Assembly: GCF_009914755.1 (NCBI RefSeq) | Contig: NC_060947.1 | Length of the DNA: 64,000 bases | DNA from: the human T2T-CHM13v2.0 reference genome, Homo sapiens | Direction: 5' to 3' (one strand) | Shown: positions 44,569 through 58,304 of the stretch, in pieces | How positions within the stretch are numbered: the stretch's first letter is position 1 | How the letters are laid out: each line of letters starts with the position of its first letter | Program-made: the position numbers and the translations under genes | The notes under the pieces: generated by a model | Seen by the model: only the letters and a program-made list of their open reading frames with translations | What the model was told of the DNA's origin: nothing | Database searches by the model: none

Positions 44569-44606
44569 CTATCCAGCAGGAGAAAGAGTGTGTTCAAACA
44601 TCATAA
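44569..44606 (+). CDS. TMSB15B: Thymosin beta-15, last coding exon
   Basis: Acceptor tttttccccag at 44568; (A)CT ATC CAG CAG GAG AAA GAG TGT GTT CAA ACA TCA TAA = TIQQEKECVQTS*, total 45 aa. Confidence 0.96.
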
Positions 44607-44987
44607 AATGGGGATCTCCTCCAAAGAGCAGATTTCAGCATTGCCTGACAGTCTTGGTTTTAGGCTTGTTTTTTTGTAAACCTGTGTGTTTGTAGAGATT
44701 TCAGACATCTTCTGATTTCTTCTCACCTATATTCCCTGGTTAAGAGGTCAGGGGTAGTGAATGTTTCCTTAAGTTCCTTTTTAAACTTCCCATTGGTATG
44801 TAAATTCCAAATGGCAGATGCTGTCAATAACCTTGCCATGGATGACCTTTGTGTAGGTAGTCCTTGCACCTCATGCAGGATAAGCCAATTTTAACTTTCT
44901 ACAATGGGTGCCTCAATAGTTTCATAATCTTCATGAAGTTGCATCCTTTGGCAGCTTCTTACAGTTTATTTTCACTTCCAATGTAGC

Positions 44988-45001
44988 AATAAAATAATAA
45001 A
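44988..45001 (+). terminator. Polyadenylation signals of the thymosin beta-15 gene
   Basis: AATAAA at 44988 and 44996 followed by GT-rich gttgttgtctg. Confidence 0.8.
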
Positions 45002-45555
45002 TATAATCGTTGTTGTCTGACTCTGTGGTTCATTCTGGTGGTATTCTAAGGAATGAAAAGTACACAAAGGTACCTTTTACACTCAAACAAAATGGTTGAA
45101 GGAAAACTTTTAGCAGATTAGTCCTGGGGGAAAATACTAAATTCTGTCCAAGTCCAGTGGTTCCTGACTTGGGGATGGTAGGTGCTTTTTCTTTATAGTT
45201 GGAATCACAGAGTTAGAGAACCTTGGGAGAGAAGGTCATGTGGACTAACCTCCTTATCTCAGAATGAGGAAATGAAAACACAGGGTCTGAAGTAATCTGC
45301 TCAATTTGAATAAGGGTTGGAATTCAAGCTGGGTTCTCTTGCCTTCTGAAAGTCTTTTTCAGCTTAGTGGGAGTTAACATCCAAGACTGAAGTTGGATGG
45401 AGAAAGGGGCAGGAGGCACTTGCTACCAAACACCATATTAAGCACATCACATCTTCTAATGACCTGTAGCACTGAACTTCTGGTACGGTTTTTCTACTGA
45501 ACAGAATTTGCTGTTTTATGAACTAAACATTTCTGGTGTTCATGGTGAGCATAAA

Positions 45556-45918
45556 TGTTATGGTCTGAATTTTGTCACCTGTGACCTCCTGATTAATATG
45601 TTGAAGCCCTAATCCCTAGCATGATTGTATCTGGAGATAGGTTGTTTCAGAAGTAATTTACGTTATGAAGTGATAACAGTCAGGGCCTAATCTAATAGGA
45701 CTGTGGCCTTATAAGGAGAGAGAGACCAGTCTCTAACATGCGAGGACACAGCAAGAAGGTGCCTGTCTACAAGCCAGGAAGAGAGCCCCCACCAGAATCT
45801 GACCCTGCTGGACGTCGACTTGAGATTTCTTGAATCTAGAACTGTGAGCAAGTAAATTTATGTTGTTTAAGTCATTCAGTCTACAGTATTTTGTTACAGC
45901 AGCCTGAGCTAATACAGT
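45556..45918. mobile_element. MLT1-type MaLR LTR
   Basis: tgttatggtctgaattttgtc...tatgttgaagccctaatccc...gttacagcagcctgagctaataca. Confidence 0.8.
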
Positions 45919-45989
45919 AAGGAATATGTATAATTGCATGCATTTTAATTCCTGCCTTTAAACAATACTTTTATCTCTTTTTAAAAATT

Positions 45990-46289
45990 ATTATTTTATT
46001 TTTATGAGACAGGGTCTTGCTCTGTTGCCCACGCTGGAGTGCAGTGGTACAATCATGGCTCACTGCAGCCTTGACCTCCTGTGCTCAAGCAATCCTCCCA
46101 CCTCAGCCTCCCTAGCACCTGGGACTACAGGCACGTGCCACCACAGCCAGCTAATATTTTTGATTATTAGTAGAGATCAGGTCTCGCTATGTTGTCCAGG
46201 CTGGTCTTGAACTCTTGGGCTCAAGCAATCTGTCTGCCTCAGCCTCCCAAAGTGCTGGGATTACAGGCATGAGCTACCATGCTAAGCCT
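45990..46289 (-). mobile_element. AluJ-like
   Basis: gagacagggtcttgctctgttgccc...ctcactgcagccttgacctcc. Confidence 0.92.
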
Positions 46290-46435
46290 ACTTTAATCAT
46301 GTGTATAAAAACAAATAACCTATAATCCCACCAATTAGAAGTATTAGCCATCCAGACTTGTGATCTATTAATGTACATATCTTCCTACAAAGACGGATTA
46401 TACCATTCATACCTATTTTCAACCTCAAGTATTAA

Positions 46436-46843
<408 letters not shown>

Positions 46844-48274
46844 TTACCTCACCCTTTCTAAGGGCTCACATTCTTAAATAATCAGTGGGATTACATGAAG
46901 TGAAAGCTGTTTTCTCTGCTGCAGCTTAAAGTTTCAAAAGCAAAACAGTAGGTAGGTCAACTTCAATCAAGTGCCAATGAGGTGACACAGTCACGGGGCT
47001 TAGTGTGTAGCCAGAGGATTTGAGCCTTGGAAGTAACCATGTTAGTCACCAGTACCTTATCTCCTGCCTGAGGCAATTGTCCAGTAAAGTCACTCAGCTC
47101 CTTGCAGTGATATGCTTCTTACATTGTGCCCAAACGTGCCTCCCTGTAGCTTCTATTCAATAGTCCTGGGATTATGTGCTGGAGGCCTAGAGACAGTAGT
47201 TAATCCATCCTCCAGAATTTGAAGTCAGCTGTTGTGTCCTGTCCCTCTACCTCCAAGTCTTCTGCAACTGACACTTCTCAGATCCTTCAGACCCAAGTTA
47301 CACAGATGGGAAACCATCCTGGTTGCAGATATGCTCAGATTTGCTCATTACCGGGTCTGTGAATCCTGGTTCAATCATCCAACACAGTTGCTCCCCTTTC
47401 TGTGTTGTCATTTGCAAATTTGATAAAGATGCTATTCATCTATGATAGATTCAGCAACCTCTTCATTTGTACATTAATGCAGCTCAAAGGAAAGCATGAA
47501 TGTTGTCAGGTGACCTAGGATTGAACAATAACTCCTAGTTAGTTGCATCTGGTAGCCATCCTTTTCATTAAAGTCTTGATTTGTACCCTGGGTAGTGTAA
47601 GTGTTAAACTGAGTGGGAGCAGATTAGAAGTGCATGGCGGGAGGTGAAAGACATGTAATTACTAAGTGAATACTCATACAGGAATGAGATGGGAAAAACT
47701 GCAGTTGCTCATCTGCAGTAGTTTTGCCCCACGTTTCTCAAGTATTTAATGTTGGGCTACTCTTTTAGTCACTAGCTTTACTTGTTTTTTGAATCAGGGG
47801 TATATATTTTTTTTTTCCAAATAAGCAAGGATTGAGATTTATGTCCCTGAATCCATCTATTATCTGCAAAACTGGCAGTACCAGGGCTTTGTTATAGCAG
47901 TTGTATTTATAGGGAAAGGAAAAGGCTGGAGTTAAATGATTGTCTTCTTTTATGCATTAACATCCCTTGAAAATCACTGGTCAGTGGCTTTACACTTTTA
48001 TTCTGTCAGTGTACATAGGCAGAGATGACTTTAATTACTAAGAACAGAAAATGAAATATCAGAAAGAAAAAATATACTGAAAGTTAAAAGAGAAAAATCA
48101 GCCAAATAAAATTTCATGCCTAATTCATCTCTGCAAAGAATAAAAAAAGTCTCATTTAGTATTACGACTTACAATTCCCATGAAACTCTGCAGGCCAGTG
48201 AGTTTTATAAACACTCCTAGAATTTAACCAATGCATGTTCATACCTAATGAGAATGCCTTGCCTTTGGAGTCTT

Positions 48275-49287
48275 TTTAAATTTTTTTTTTAAATTTACAT
48301 TAAGTTCTGGGATACATGTGCTGAACATGCAGGTGTGTTATACAGGTATTCATGTGCTATGGTGGTTTGCTGCACATATCAACCCATCATCTAGGTTTTA
48401 AGCTCTGCATGCATTCAGTATTTATTGTAATGCTCTCCCTCCCCTTTGCCCCTAACCCCTGACAGGCCCAGGTGGGTGATGTTCCCCTCCCTGTGTCCAC
48501 GTGTTCTCATTGTTCAGTTCCCACTTATGAATGAGAACATGTGGCATTCGGTTTTTTGTTCCTGTGTTAGTTTGCTGAAGATAATGGTTTTCAGCTTCAT
48601 CCATGTCCCTGCAAAGGACATGAACTCATTCTTTTTATATGGCTGCATAGTATTCCATGGTGTATATGTGGCACATTATCTTTATCCAGTCTATCATTGA
48701 TGGGCATTTGCATTGGATCCAAGTCTTTGCTATTGTAAATAATGCTGCAATAAACATACGTATGCATGTGTCTTTACAGTAGAATGATTTATAATCCTTT
48801 AGGTATATATCCAGTAATGGGATTGCTGGGTCAAATGGTATTTCTGGTTCTATATCGTTGAGGAATGGCCACACTGTCTTCCACAATGGTCGAATTAATT
48901 TACACTCCAACCAACAGTGTAAATGTGTTCCTATTTCTCTGCATCCTCTCCAGCATCTGTTGTTTCCAGACTTTTAGTGATCACCATTCTAACAGGCGTG
49001 AGATGGTATCACATTGTGGTTTTGATTTGCATTTCTCTAATGAGCAGTCATGATGAGCTTTTATTTTCATATGTTTGTTGGCCACATAAATGTCTTCTTT
49101 TGAGAAGTGTCTGTTCATATCCTTTGCCCACTTTTTGATTTTGTATTTTTTTCTTGTAAATTTGTTTAAGTTTCTTGTAGATTCTGGATATTAGCCCTTT
49201 GTCAGATGGAAAGATTGCAAAAATTTTCTCCCATTCTGTAGGTTGCCTGTTCACTCTGATGATATTTTCTTTTCTGGGCAGAAGCTT
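48275..49287 (-). mobile_element. 5'-truncated L1PA (about L1PA7-8) 3' end
   Basis: taagttctgggatacatgtg; ORF2 C-terminal translation 48635-48910. Confidence 0.93.
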
Positions 49288-49932
49288 AAATGTGTAGAAA
49301 TATGTTTGATTCTTGCCTTGGTAATCTTCTACCTGTTTGATCTTGGGCAAGTGACAATCTTTTGTGGTTCAGTTTCTTCATCCACAAAACGGAGGAAATA
49401 ACACTACTTCACAGAGATCTTGTGAAAGGCAATTAAAGTGTTCCCTGTAAAGCACTTAGAACAATGCCTGGAATAGTCGCCACTCAGTCCGTGGTGACTC
49501 TTTTTATTACTATAGCAATGCCTAGTTTAATTGACACCAACCAAAATGAGTGTCGGTTATATGGGTGGTAATGAAAGGGAGTGCAATTAACTGGCAAGGT
49601 CAGAAGTAGGGTAAGTTAATTCAATCTTCTGGTTAATAGGTGCCATGTGGAATCTACCTATGTTCTAGGGATTGTTATTTTCAGTAATAATAATTGCAAT
49701 TAAGTCCTCAACTTTACCATTGAACTGAATATGTTGTTGTCCCCAGTCATATCAAATGGTGAAGAAACATCTCTAAAGAGCCAGGAAAAACTACTGACAT
49801 AACTGTGTGGTCACTAATTAAAGGCAAAGATATTGATTAATGGAATAATGAAAATGTCTGATATATAACTGGATACTTTATGTGTGGAAACAACACTGAG
49901 ATCTCTGCAGCAAAGTTTTGGTGCAGAAAGCT

Positions 49933-49969
49933 TGTATTAGGGATTTCCAGAGTTATAAAACCAATAGGA

Positions 49970-50017
<48 letters not shown>

Positions 50018-50497
50018 ATCTATCTATCTATCTAGATAGATAGACAGATAGATTTATTTTAAGAAATTGATTCATGTGATTATGGAGGCTGGCAAGTCCA
50101 AAATCTGCAGGATGGGCTGGCAGCCTGGAGTCCCAGGTAAAAGCTGAGATTACAGTTTAAGTCTAAAGACCATGAGGCTGAAGACCCACGGGAGAGCCGA
50201 TATTGCAGTTCAAGTGTGAAGGCTGTTTGCTGCAGAATTTACTCTTGCTTGGGGGAAGTCAGTCTTTTTGTTCTATTCAGGCCATTATGGAGGGCAGTCT
50301 GTTGTACTCAGGTCCATTGATTTAAATGTTAATCCCAAACACACCTTCACAGAAACATTCAGAATAAAATTTGACCACATATCTAGATACTGTAACCCAA
50401 CCAAGTCGGGTTACCTAAATCTCTATCCTTGTTTATTTGGGAAAAAAATCTCCCCCTGGTTGGAAAGACAAGACAAGGCATAAAATTGGCCATCACA
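49933..50497. mobile_element. MLT2-like ERVL LTR containing a (TATC)n tetranucleotide repeat (49970-50033)
   Basis: tgtattagggatttccagag...ggctggcaagtccaaaatctgcagg...cataaaattggccatcaca. Confidence 0.8.
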
Positions 50498-50602
50498 GGG
50501 CTAAATGTGGGTTATCAAGTAATGACTGTATAATCCTAACCTGAAAACATTTCTCACTCCCTGATTCCCACCCTTTCTCTCACCAATTTGCAGCAGAATA
50601 AA

Positions 50603-50699
50603 CATATGCTCCTCAACTTACAATGGAGTTCAGTCCGGTTAAACCTATCGTAAAGTCAAATAATTTTAAGTCGAACCATCCTAAGTTGGAGTCCGTCTG
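50603..50699. mobile_element. Tigger-family MITE (MER47-like)
   Basis: 97 bp with inverted ends catatgctcctcaactta.../...taagttggagtccgtctg followed by TA. Confidence 0.75.
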
Positions 50700-51487
50700 T
50701 ATTGGACACAATTATGCAACGTGGAATGGCTACGCATGTGGTTTAGACATGTATTGAAACACAGAATTGAGCACGGGAATGGTTAAATTTCCTAACTGCT
50801 GCTTGAAAAAACTCCCGTGGTTTCAGGAGAAAATCAGGTTCCTTGTATACCTTTGCATGAAACCTAACTTGATGCTTTTGCTTTTATACCTCTGAACTGA
50901 TCACATTGCCCTCAAGGAAAAATCAAGCTATGAAAAGACTTGCTCTAAAGGTGAGGCTCACCTCATCCTGTCTACCTAAGGTATCCATGCCTTGAAGGTG
51001 CCATCACTACAATATGAGATAGGATGGCAGAGGACAACGTTCAAGTGCTTGGGTTCTGGACTCAGACTGACGTGGATTTGAATCCCTGCTCTTCCATTTA
51101 TCAGCTGTGTGATCATTGGACACATTACTTAGTTACTCTGTGTTTTGTCTGCAAAAAATTGAGGCTAAAATATGTACACCACAAAGGGCTATTAGGAGGA
51201 GTAAAGCTGATAAGCAAACCATGGAGGAAACACAATCTGACATTCACATGGGTTTAACACTGGGACTCAGACAGCTTTGTAGAGAAAGAATTTTTTTTAA
51301 AGTGCAGTACAGGAAAGGGGTCTGTGTCCAAGAGGTCCAGAAGGGTCGTGTGGACTAGCCACAGAATTCAGCAATGGTCTCATACGTTGTCAGGGGCCAG
51401 TCTCTTATCTAATGTAGGTTCATTCATTTATCTGTTCATTTAACAAAGATCTGAGAGCTACTACACTCACAACTTCCTGCATGATCT

Positions 51488-51602
51488 AGTTACCCTGGGA
51501 AGTACAGAGTCGTAAATTTGGACATATTTCAGAGTGAAAGGGATGCTATTAAGAATTACTAAGGGACAACAGGCGAAATCAGGACATATGGTCACTATGC
51601 TA
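51488..51602 (+). mobile_element. MER81-like hAT MITE, copy 1
   Basis: ttcagagtgaaagggatgctattaagaattac...gggacaacaggcgaaatcaggacatatggtcac. Confidence 0.65.
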
Positions 51603-51920
51603 GGGAAAATGTCTGGGATAAGGAAAAAAAGTAAATAGTCACCCTTTAAAGCTTTTTCTGTGCCCCCACTCATGTCCACACTCATTCCCCCCTATTCCAG
51701 AGTGTCAGTCTATGATGAAATAAGAAGAGTATTATATTCCGTCAAGAATTAGGACCAATCACATTTTGGAGAAGGCATTGTACTGAAGTAAATGTTTTTA
51801 TTGTCTCATATTACCATAGTGGGTTAATTTTGTCAGACACATGTGGTTGAAAGTGAAAAAGCCCCACAACAATCAAATTGAAAAAAAAAAAAAAAGGAAG
51901 AGTCATCCTACTTTTTCTTT

Positions 51921-52211
<291 letters not shown>

Positions 52212-52260
52212 CCTAGTTTTCTTAATTGGTCACTGTCATTTTCTTAAACTTGTGAACAAA

Positions 52261-52717
52261 TGAGAACCTAAAAGAGCCAATCTTTCAAGATGGATCCCAG
52301 TGGCTAACTGAGCTTAAATTTAAAATAGAGCCAAGCTGCCACGTGTTGACTAGAGCTAACACGTGTACTACAAATTCCCCGAAAACCCACACCTCTATCT
52401 AACTTTGGAACTTTCAGAGCTCACCTGAAGCAACCAACCAGAGCTCACCTGTCGCTGCCAATAAGGGCTCAGCTGTATTGACCAACCAGAGCTCAACTGA
52501 GTCAACCAATCAGAACTAAGTTTGAATTGTTTATTTGCATAAATTGACTGTACTGGGAACCTCGATAGGAACTTTCTCTATAAAAGCCATATCCTCTCTT
52601 TGTTCTCTGGAACTGCACTTTTGTTTTACACTGAAGTCTGCACCTCCCTGGTTTGCAAACTGTACACAGGAATAGCCTCTTTCCTCCAAATTCCTTTACA
52701 AAGAATTTTTCTTCACA
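52261..52717 (+). mobile_element. ERV1 (MER4-group-like) solo LTR
   Basis: TG...CA ends; ccaatcag, atttgcat and ctataaaa promoter motifs; internal agagctcacctg repeats. Confidence 0.7.
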
Positions 52718-53313
52718 ATATGATGCGAGAGGTAGAAGACATGCTTACAGCTGTGGATTCATATCCTGAAATCACCACGATTACAATAAAACGAAAAATC
52801 AAACAAAGAAATAAAAAGTAGACAAAAACCTCAAACTAATTTTCTCTTCAATTTACAAGGCTGAACAGCTAGGAGGAGACTTATTGATTCAGGACAGTTC
52901 ACCTGCTCACATTTTGAGCCAATGGCTGAGGCCCAGGACTGGAGATACTTCATTAGTTTAGCCAGTGGAGAGTGGGGTTTGGATGCTCTCATTGGATACT
53001 TCTATCATAAGTGATGCATACTCATAGGGGTTAAGCTTTGCATTAAAAAAGATTGTAGACTGGGAAATAATATAATTAGACAAATGTGAATGACTTAGAG
53101 CAGTTATTTCAGTTTCTAGGAAGCTTAAAAAGGGTTCATTGATTTATTTGACTCAGCTATTTCTGCACTGTGGGTTTTTGTTATGTGTTTAAATGAATTC
53201 TATAACAGAGGTAATGTTGAAAAAAGATTGTATGAGGTCTGCTTGTTCCATTAGTAATGTTTGTCCCAGTTCGATCCTTCTGAATTTTTATTTATAGCAG
53301 TAAACTGTTTCCC

Positions 53314-53435
53314 TGTGTGTGCGTGTGTGTGTGTGTGTGTGGGTGGGTGTGTGTAATGTAATTTAATTACTAGTATTTCAGGTATGAGTTTTGTAACCAC
53401 ATTTATAAATGAGCTGCTCATATATATACATATAC

Positions 53436-53466
<31 letters not shown>

Positions 53467-53468
53467 TT
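53314..53468. repeat. (TG)n and (TA)n microsatellites
   Basis: TG run 53314-53354, TA-rich run 53419-53468. Confidence 0.9.
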
Positions 53469-53529
53469 TAGTATGCTTCCTTCAATGGGTATCAACATCA
53501 TATTATATTTTCTTGAAATAAGTTTTGTC

Positions 53530-53857
<328 letters not shown>

Positions 53858-54947
53858 TTACTAGCAATAAATGACCTGATCTTAAAAGTCTGACAGGAAA
53901 CAGCATTGGAATTTGGGATGGTACCTTCTTGGTGATTGCTATTTCTTTAATTCTTCTTAATCGCTAAATCCTTGTTTGGTTCAGTTTCTGGGATTTATGT
54001 TTTACATTCATATATTTAATAAATGTTTCTGAATGTATTATCATAGATTCTTGAAGGGTATTTTTTAACTTCAAAATATTTCCAATTTCATGGATTCAAT
54101 TTTTCTCCATAAGGAGGTTTCTTAGAGAATTGGGGTAACATTTTTTCACCCAACATCACTTATTCACCAACACTAACATTCAGAGTATTTTGGGGATCAA
54201 AATACTGTTAAGAAAACAATTTTAAATTTCGCACATGTTTAAGGATTTGTAATATTTTTACAAGCATCTCAATTTCTGTTTGTGTTGTGTGCTTGGAGAC
54301 TGTGGTTTGGCCATCGTTCCTTATCCACATTCACTGAAGGTGTCGATCATAACTGAGGACAGGAGCCGAACAGCCAGGTCCCTTTAATGCCCAGGACCCT
54401 TCGGCAGCCATGTCAGGGTGTTCCTGCTCAAGCCGGGGTGGCTTAGCCCTTGATAACAGAAGATTCTGAGATGGGTGAGAAGTGGTCCACACGTGGCCAC
54501 TGTCATTCCTCTGGCATAATGGACTTGGGCTCAGGAGGTCAAGCCCTCTTCAAGGAGCATGAGCTGAAATTGCTAAACTTTGGGAGTTTTCCGTGACACC
54601 CTTCAAAGTGCTCACGGTGTGGCATGGATCAGCTGGGGAGGGTTGATGTGGTTTTGCCCTGTGGGGTATCTATCTGTGTACTTTTGTCTGAGGGAGGCAA
54701 CTGGGGCCACTTAGGCCGGCAGGTGCCCACTGTGATTGGTTGACATGATACCAAGCAACAGGATCATCCAGTCACCTTCAATGCAGGGAGGATGGCTGAC
54801 AGGCTCCCTGGGTGACACTTCATGCAATCAGATGTCGAGTTGGACTGTGACATAGAGCCATGTGGCCACACTAAATTCCCCCCCACCCTTCCCCTGTCCA
54901 CAACCGTCATTGTCTGTTCTTGCCATCCAGTGGCCACTGCCTCCACC

Positions 54948-55817
54948 ATGGCTGAGGCTTTCTCTAAGACAACCTCTGAGGAAGACCAGAGCATCCAGGA
55001 GCCCAAAGAGGCCAACTCCATGACGGCCCAGAAGCAGAAGAAGTGAGGGCTTCGAGGCTCCCGTAGGCGCCATGCCAACAGCGGCGGAGATATCTTCGGG
55101 GACAGCTTTGCCGCCTATTTCCCCCGGGTGCTGAAGCAGGTTCACCAGGCCCTCAGCCTTTCCCAGGAGGCCGTGAGTGTCATGGATTCTATGGTTCGTG
55201 ACATACTGGACCGCATCGCCACCGAGGCTGGTCACCTGGCCCACTACTCCAAGTGCGTGACCATCACCTCCCGGGACATTCGGATGGCCGTGTGCCTGCT
55301 GCTGCCGGGGAAGATGGGCAAGCTCGCTGAGTCTCAGGGCACGAATGCCACCCTCAGGTACACCAAAAGCAAGTGAGCTATCTCAGGAGCGCCCGAGCAC
55401 CCGGGAAAGCCAAATGCTCTGTTCAGAACCACCACACGTGGCCCTAAAGACCAGTGGCCTGCCAAGGAGGGGACCCCACTGGAGATTGGGGTGGGTGGCA
55501 CCGTTCTGGCTTGGGGAGCATGTGGCGTGTGGCCTTCTGCGGTTTTTCAAGCATTTTTCCCACAGTGCAAAACACTGTCAACTCCAATACATCTGTAGTG
55601 CAATATGCTCCAAGGAAAAGTAGGGGGTGTTTCCGTAATCGTGTTTCATGTCCTCAGTTTCCTAAATGGCCGTTTTTATCAGTTATCTTTCTAGGTTATC
55701 TTTGTGGTGATATTATCAATGTACTGATGTTTACCCTTTTCACTCTCATTCTCCTACAACTGGATGGTGGAATTTTCCAGAACTTCATTATGTGCGATAT
55801 GGCAAGAGAGAAAGTGA
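54948..55817 (+). pseudogene. H2BW4P: H2B.W-family testis histone variant pseudogene (H2BFM-like); coding exon 1 54948-55357, exon 2 55781-55817
   Basis: ccaccATGg; MAEAFSKTTSEEDQSIQEPKEANS...KQKK*GLRGSRRRH...SFAAYFPRVLKQVHQALSLSQEAVSVMDSMVRDILDRIATEAGHLAHY...LLLPGKMGKLAESQGT (H2B fold); one in-frame TGA 55044-55046; AG|GTAC donor and ttccag acceptor give RTSLCAIWQERK*. Exact paralog symbol is tentative. Confidence 0.88.
55410..55455 (+). promoter_or_regulatory. Degenerate histone mRNA 3' stem-loop and histone downstream element
   Basis: ccaaatgctctgttcagaaccaccac versus consensus CCAAAGGCTCTTTTCAGAGCCACCCA; aaagaccagt (55446-55455) versus AAAGAGCTGT. Confidence 0.75.
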
Positions 55818-58304
55818 ATACGCTGATATAAGAAGCAAGGTAACCCTGCTAAAAGTGTTCAGCATCTTTCTCCCCATGAATCCATGTAAATAAGCAAACG
55901 AGGCACAGTTACAGTGTACATATAGCTAAATAAATTTTCAAGAATCCATTCGTTTTCCAGCTTCCCTGACTCTGAGATCACTATTGCAATTCATTCTCTT
56001 TTTGCACTGACAATAATCATTTCGTTTCTTTTTGAACAGAAACCTTCCTTCCTTCCAGATGTGTGTCAGTAGAATTACAGAGTGTCCACGGAAACAGCTC
56101 ATGCCCTAGTGTACAGTGGTGCAGCCAATGAGTGACCTGAAGTCTATGAGCAACACTCATTGTCCCAATGTGGGACGAGTGACCGAAGCTGAACCCACAA
56201 CAGCCTTCCTGTGATATTCCACGTGGTGGTTAAAGGCATGGCGATGTGATTCTTTACCTGATGTTTTTGTTTGCAGTGTTTGTAATCATGGTCTTTTAGG
56301 GATATGAATCCAAAGCTAAGATTAATATACGTTCCTTGACCCTAACATCAAGTTATACAGAGCATTGTCAGCCATTAGAAGAAGTCAGATAACGCTTATT
56401 TCCTCAAAAGATTGGCATATTAATATTCACGTTAATATTAATACAGGCTACCTTTCATTGTGCTCTCTTCTGGGTCCCAAGTCTTGGTATTTTTAGAATT
56501 TTTTTTTTCTATAAGTGTATTGCTGAATTTCAGAGCAGGTGCTGACTTACCCATTGCTTTCCTTTTCCATTGATTTCCAGTCGCCCGAGTATGTGGACAA
56601 GAGAACATACTCTGGGATTGCAACCCACAGGAATTTATTATGTTGTGCCTTGAAGCTCAATATGTGGCCATTTTTGTTAAATGTTTCCCGTAAATTTTGA
56701 AACATCTCATAAACAACCCTTCTCCTTCATATGTAGAAACCAGTAAAGGATGGCACTCTCAGTCAAACCACGAAGCAAAAGCTGGATAAATGACAAAAAT
56801 CAAAATTTTCTTGAGCCCGTCAGAAGTGGGAAAGAACCACCCCAGAGGGACCCAACACATAGCCACATAGATTATTTCACCATTTAAAGAGGACCCCTTG
56901 GTCAAGAGGGAAAAGGGTTCGGGGCAGGATAGTAGCCAGAGCTTCCCTGAGTAGTGCAGATGGGAAGAGGGGAAGGTCACCTCCAGAGCTCCACTTGGGA
57001 TCCATAGAGAAATGATATAGAACCAAGAAGTCCACTCACTGGGATTTGTTACTTTCTGTTTTTCCAGAATATTAGAAAAATATTATGAAAATAGTTGAAG
57101 AGAAATGTTATGAAAATAGTTGAAGCTGTACTTACTGCACAAGGAGACCAAGAAAAACTCCCACAAAATCAGCTGCAAGTAAATCCCTCTGGATGGTGCC
57201 GCCACATGTTCCTACAAGTCCAGAACAACCCTTGCCAAACCAAAGACACTTGGCAGAACCCTGTTCCTTTCTAGAGACAGAGCTGTATACCTGTTCCAAA
57301 ACACCACATCTCACTCAGTGACTTATTTCTCATTATGCTAATTGTTTTGCTGTAAAGTGCCAATGTTTCTGTGAATTAAGACATACGAATAAATTTCTGA
57401 AGTTACCCTTGCATATGTGTGTAATTAGACAAGTCCTTTTGAGAAACCAGATCCATTGGGATATTTTACCCTGGAATATGTGTTTTCCCTTTGTAAATTC
57501 AGAAATCAAAGAGGAGGATTAGTAAAACAGGGTTAACAATGAAATCTGATTTGTTTGTGGGGAGTGAAGAATGAGGTGGCAAGGGGACTGATGTTGGTGA
57601 ATTATAGGAAGAAAGAGGAAGGGGGTGGATTGATGCGAAGATCGGAAGAGGAAGCTCGCACATTTGATATAGCATTTCAGTGAGTGATTGAGCAGAAGGG
57701 AAACGTAGCGAGCAATCATGATGTCATGTTGCGACTTATAGGAAACACAAACTAAGGGAAAGAGCTTTGCTACCTAAACAACAAATAAGAAGTATCAATG
57801 TAGGGAAAATAGCATGAGTGGGATAAACATAGTCCAGTCAAACATTTTATCAGCTTTCCCTGTAAGCTGGAGTCCATTTGAAAACATAAGCAAGGACCCG
57901 AACGCAGCACAGAGAAAACTACATCAAAAAGTTTAAGGAACAATACCTATTCTAGGCTCCCTCGTAATGAAATCTCACTTGTTTAGATTTATCTGATTCT
58001 GCTCTTCTTCAGGATAGAATCTTTTGTTTTTGAAAATCTTCATGACTGGCCTCTACGTGTCATGGGGATCATGGAATGCTGTCCGATGGCGCAGCACAAG
58101 CTCCACTCGGATCCATGTCAGCCAGTGAGGCAACTGCAGCCGAGGGGCCACAGCCCAAAGTGTGATCAGGTCTCCCGGTCTGAACTAGGAAGAGTTAGTT
58201 GTCCAGGGATGTTCAATGGGAGTTGAAGGGGAAACCTGTGATTAGAGGGGTGTACTTCTTTGATTCCTCGATGGGTTGTATGATTTTAATGCTGTTGATG
58301 GAGG

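Noticed and set aside
54822-54947. In-frame upstream extension of the H2B.W frame from ATG 54822
   Set aside because: Lies upstream of the position equivalent to the TATA box of the paralogous promoter, so probably outside the mRNA
55044-55052. Programmed readthrough or selenocysteine at the H2B.W TGA
   Set aside because: Context TGA GGG is not a readthrough motif, no SECIS seen, and a CGA to TGA mutation is simpler
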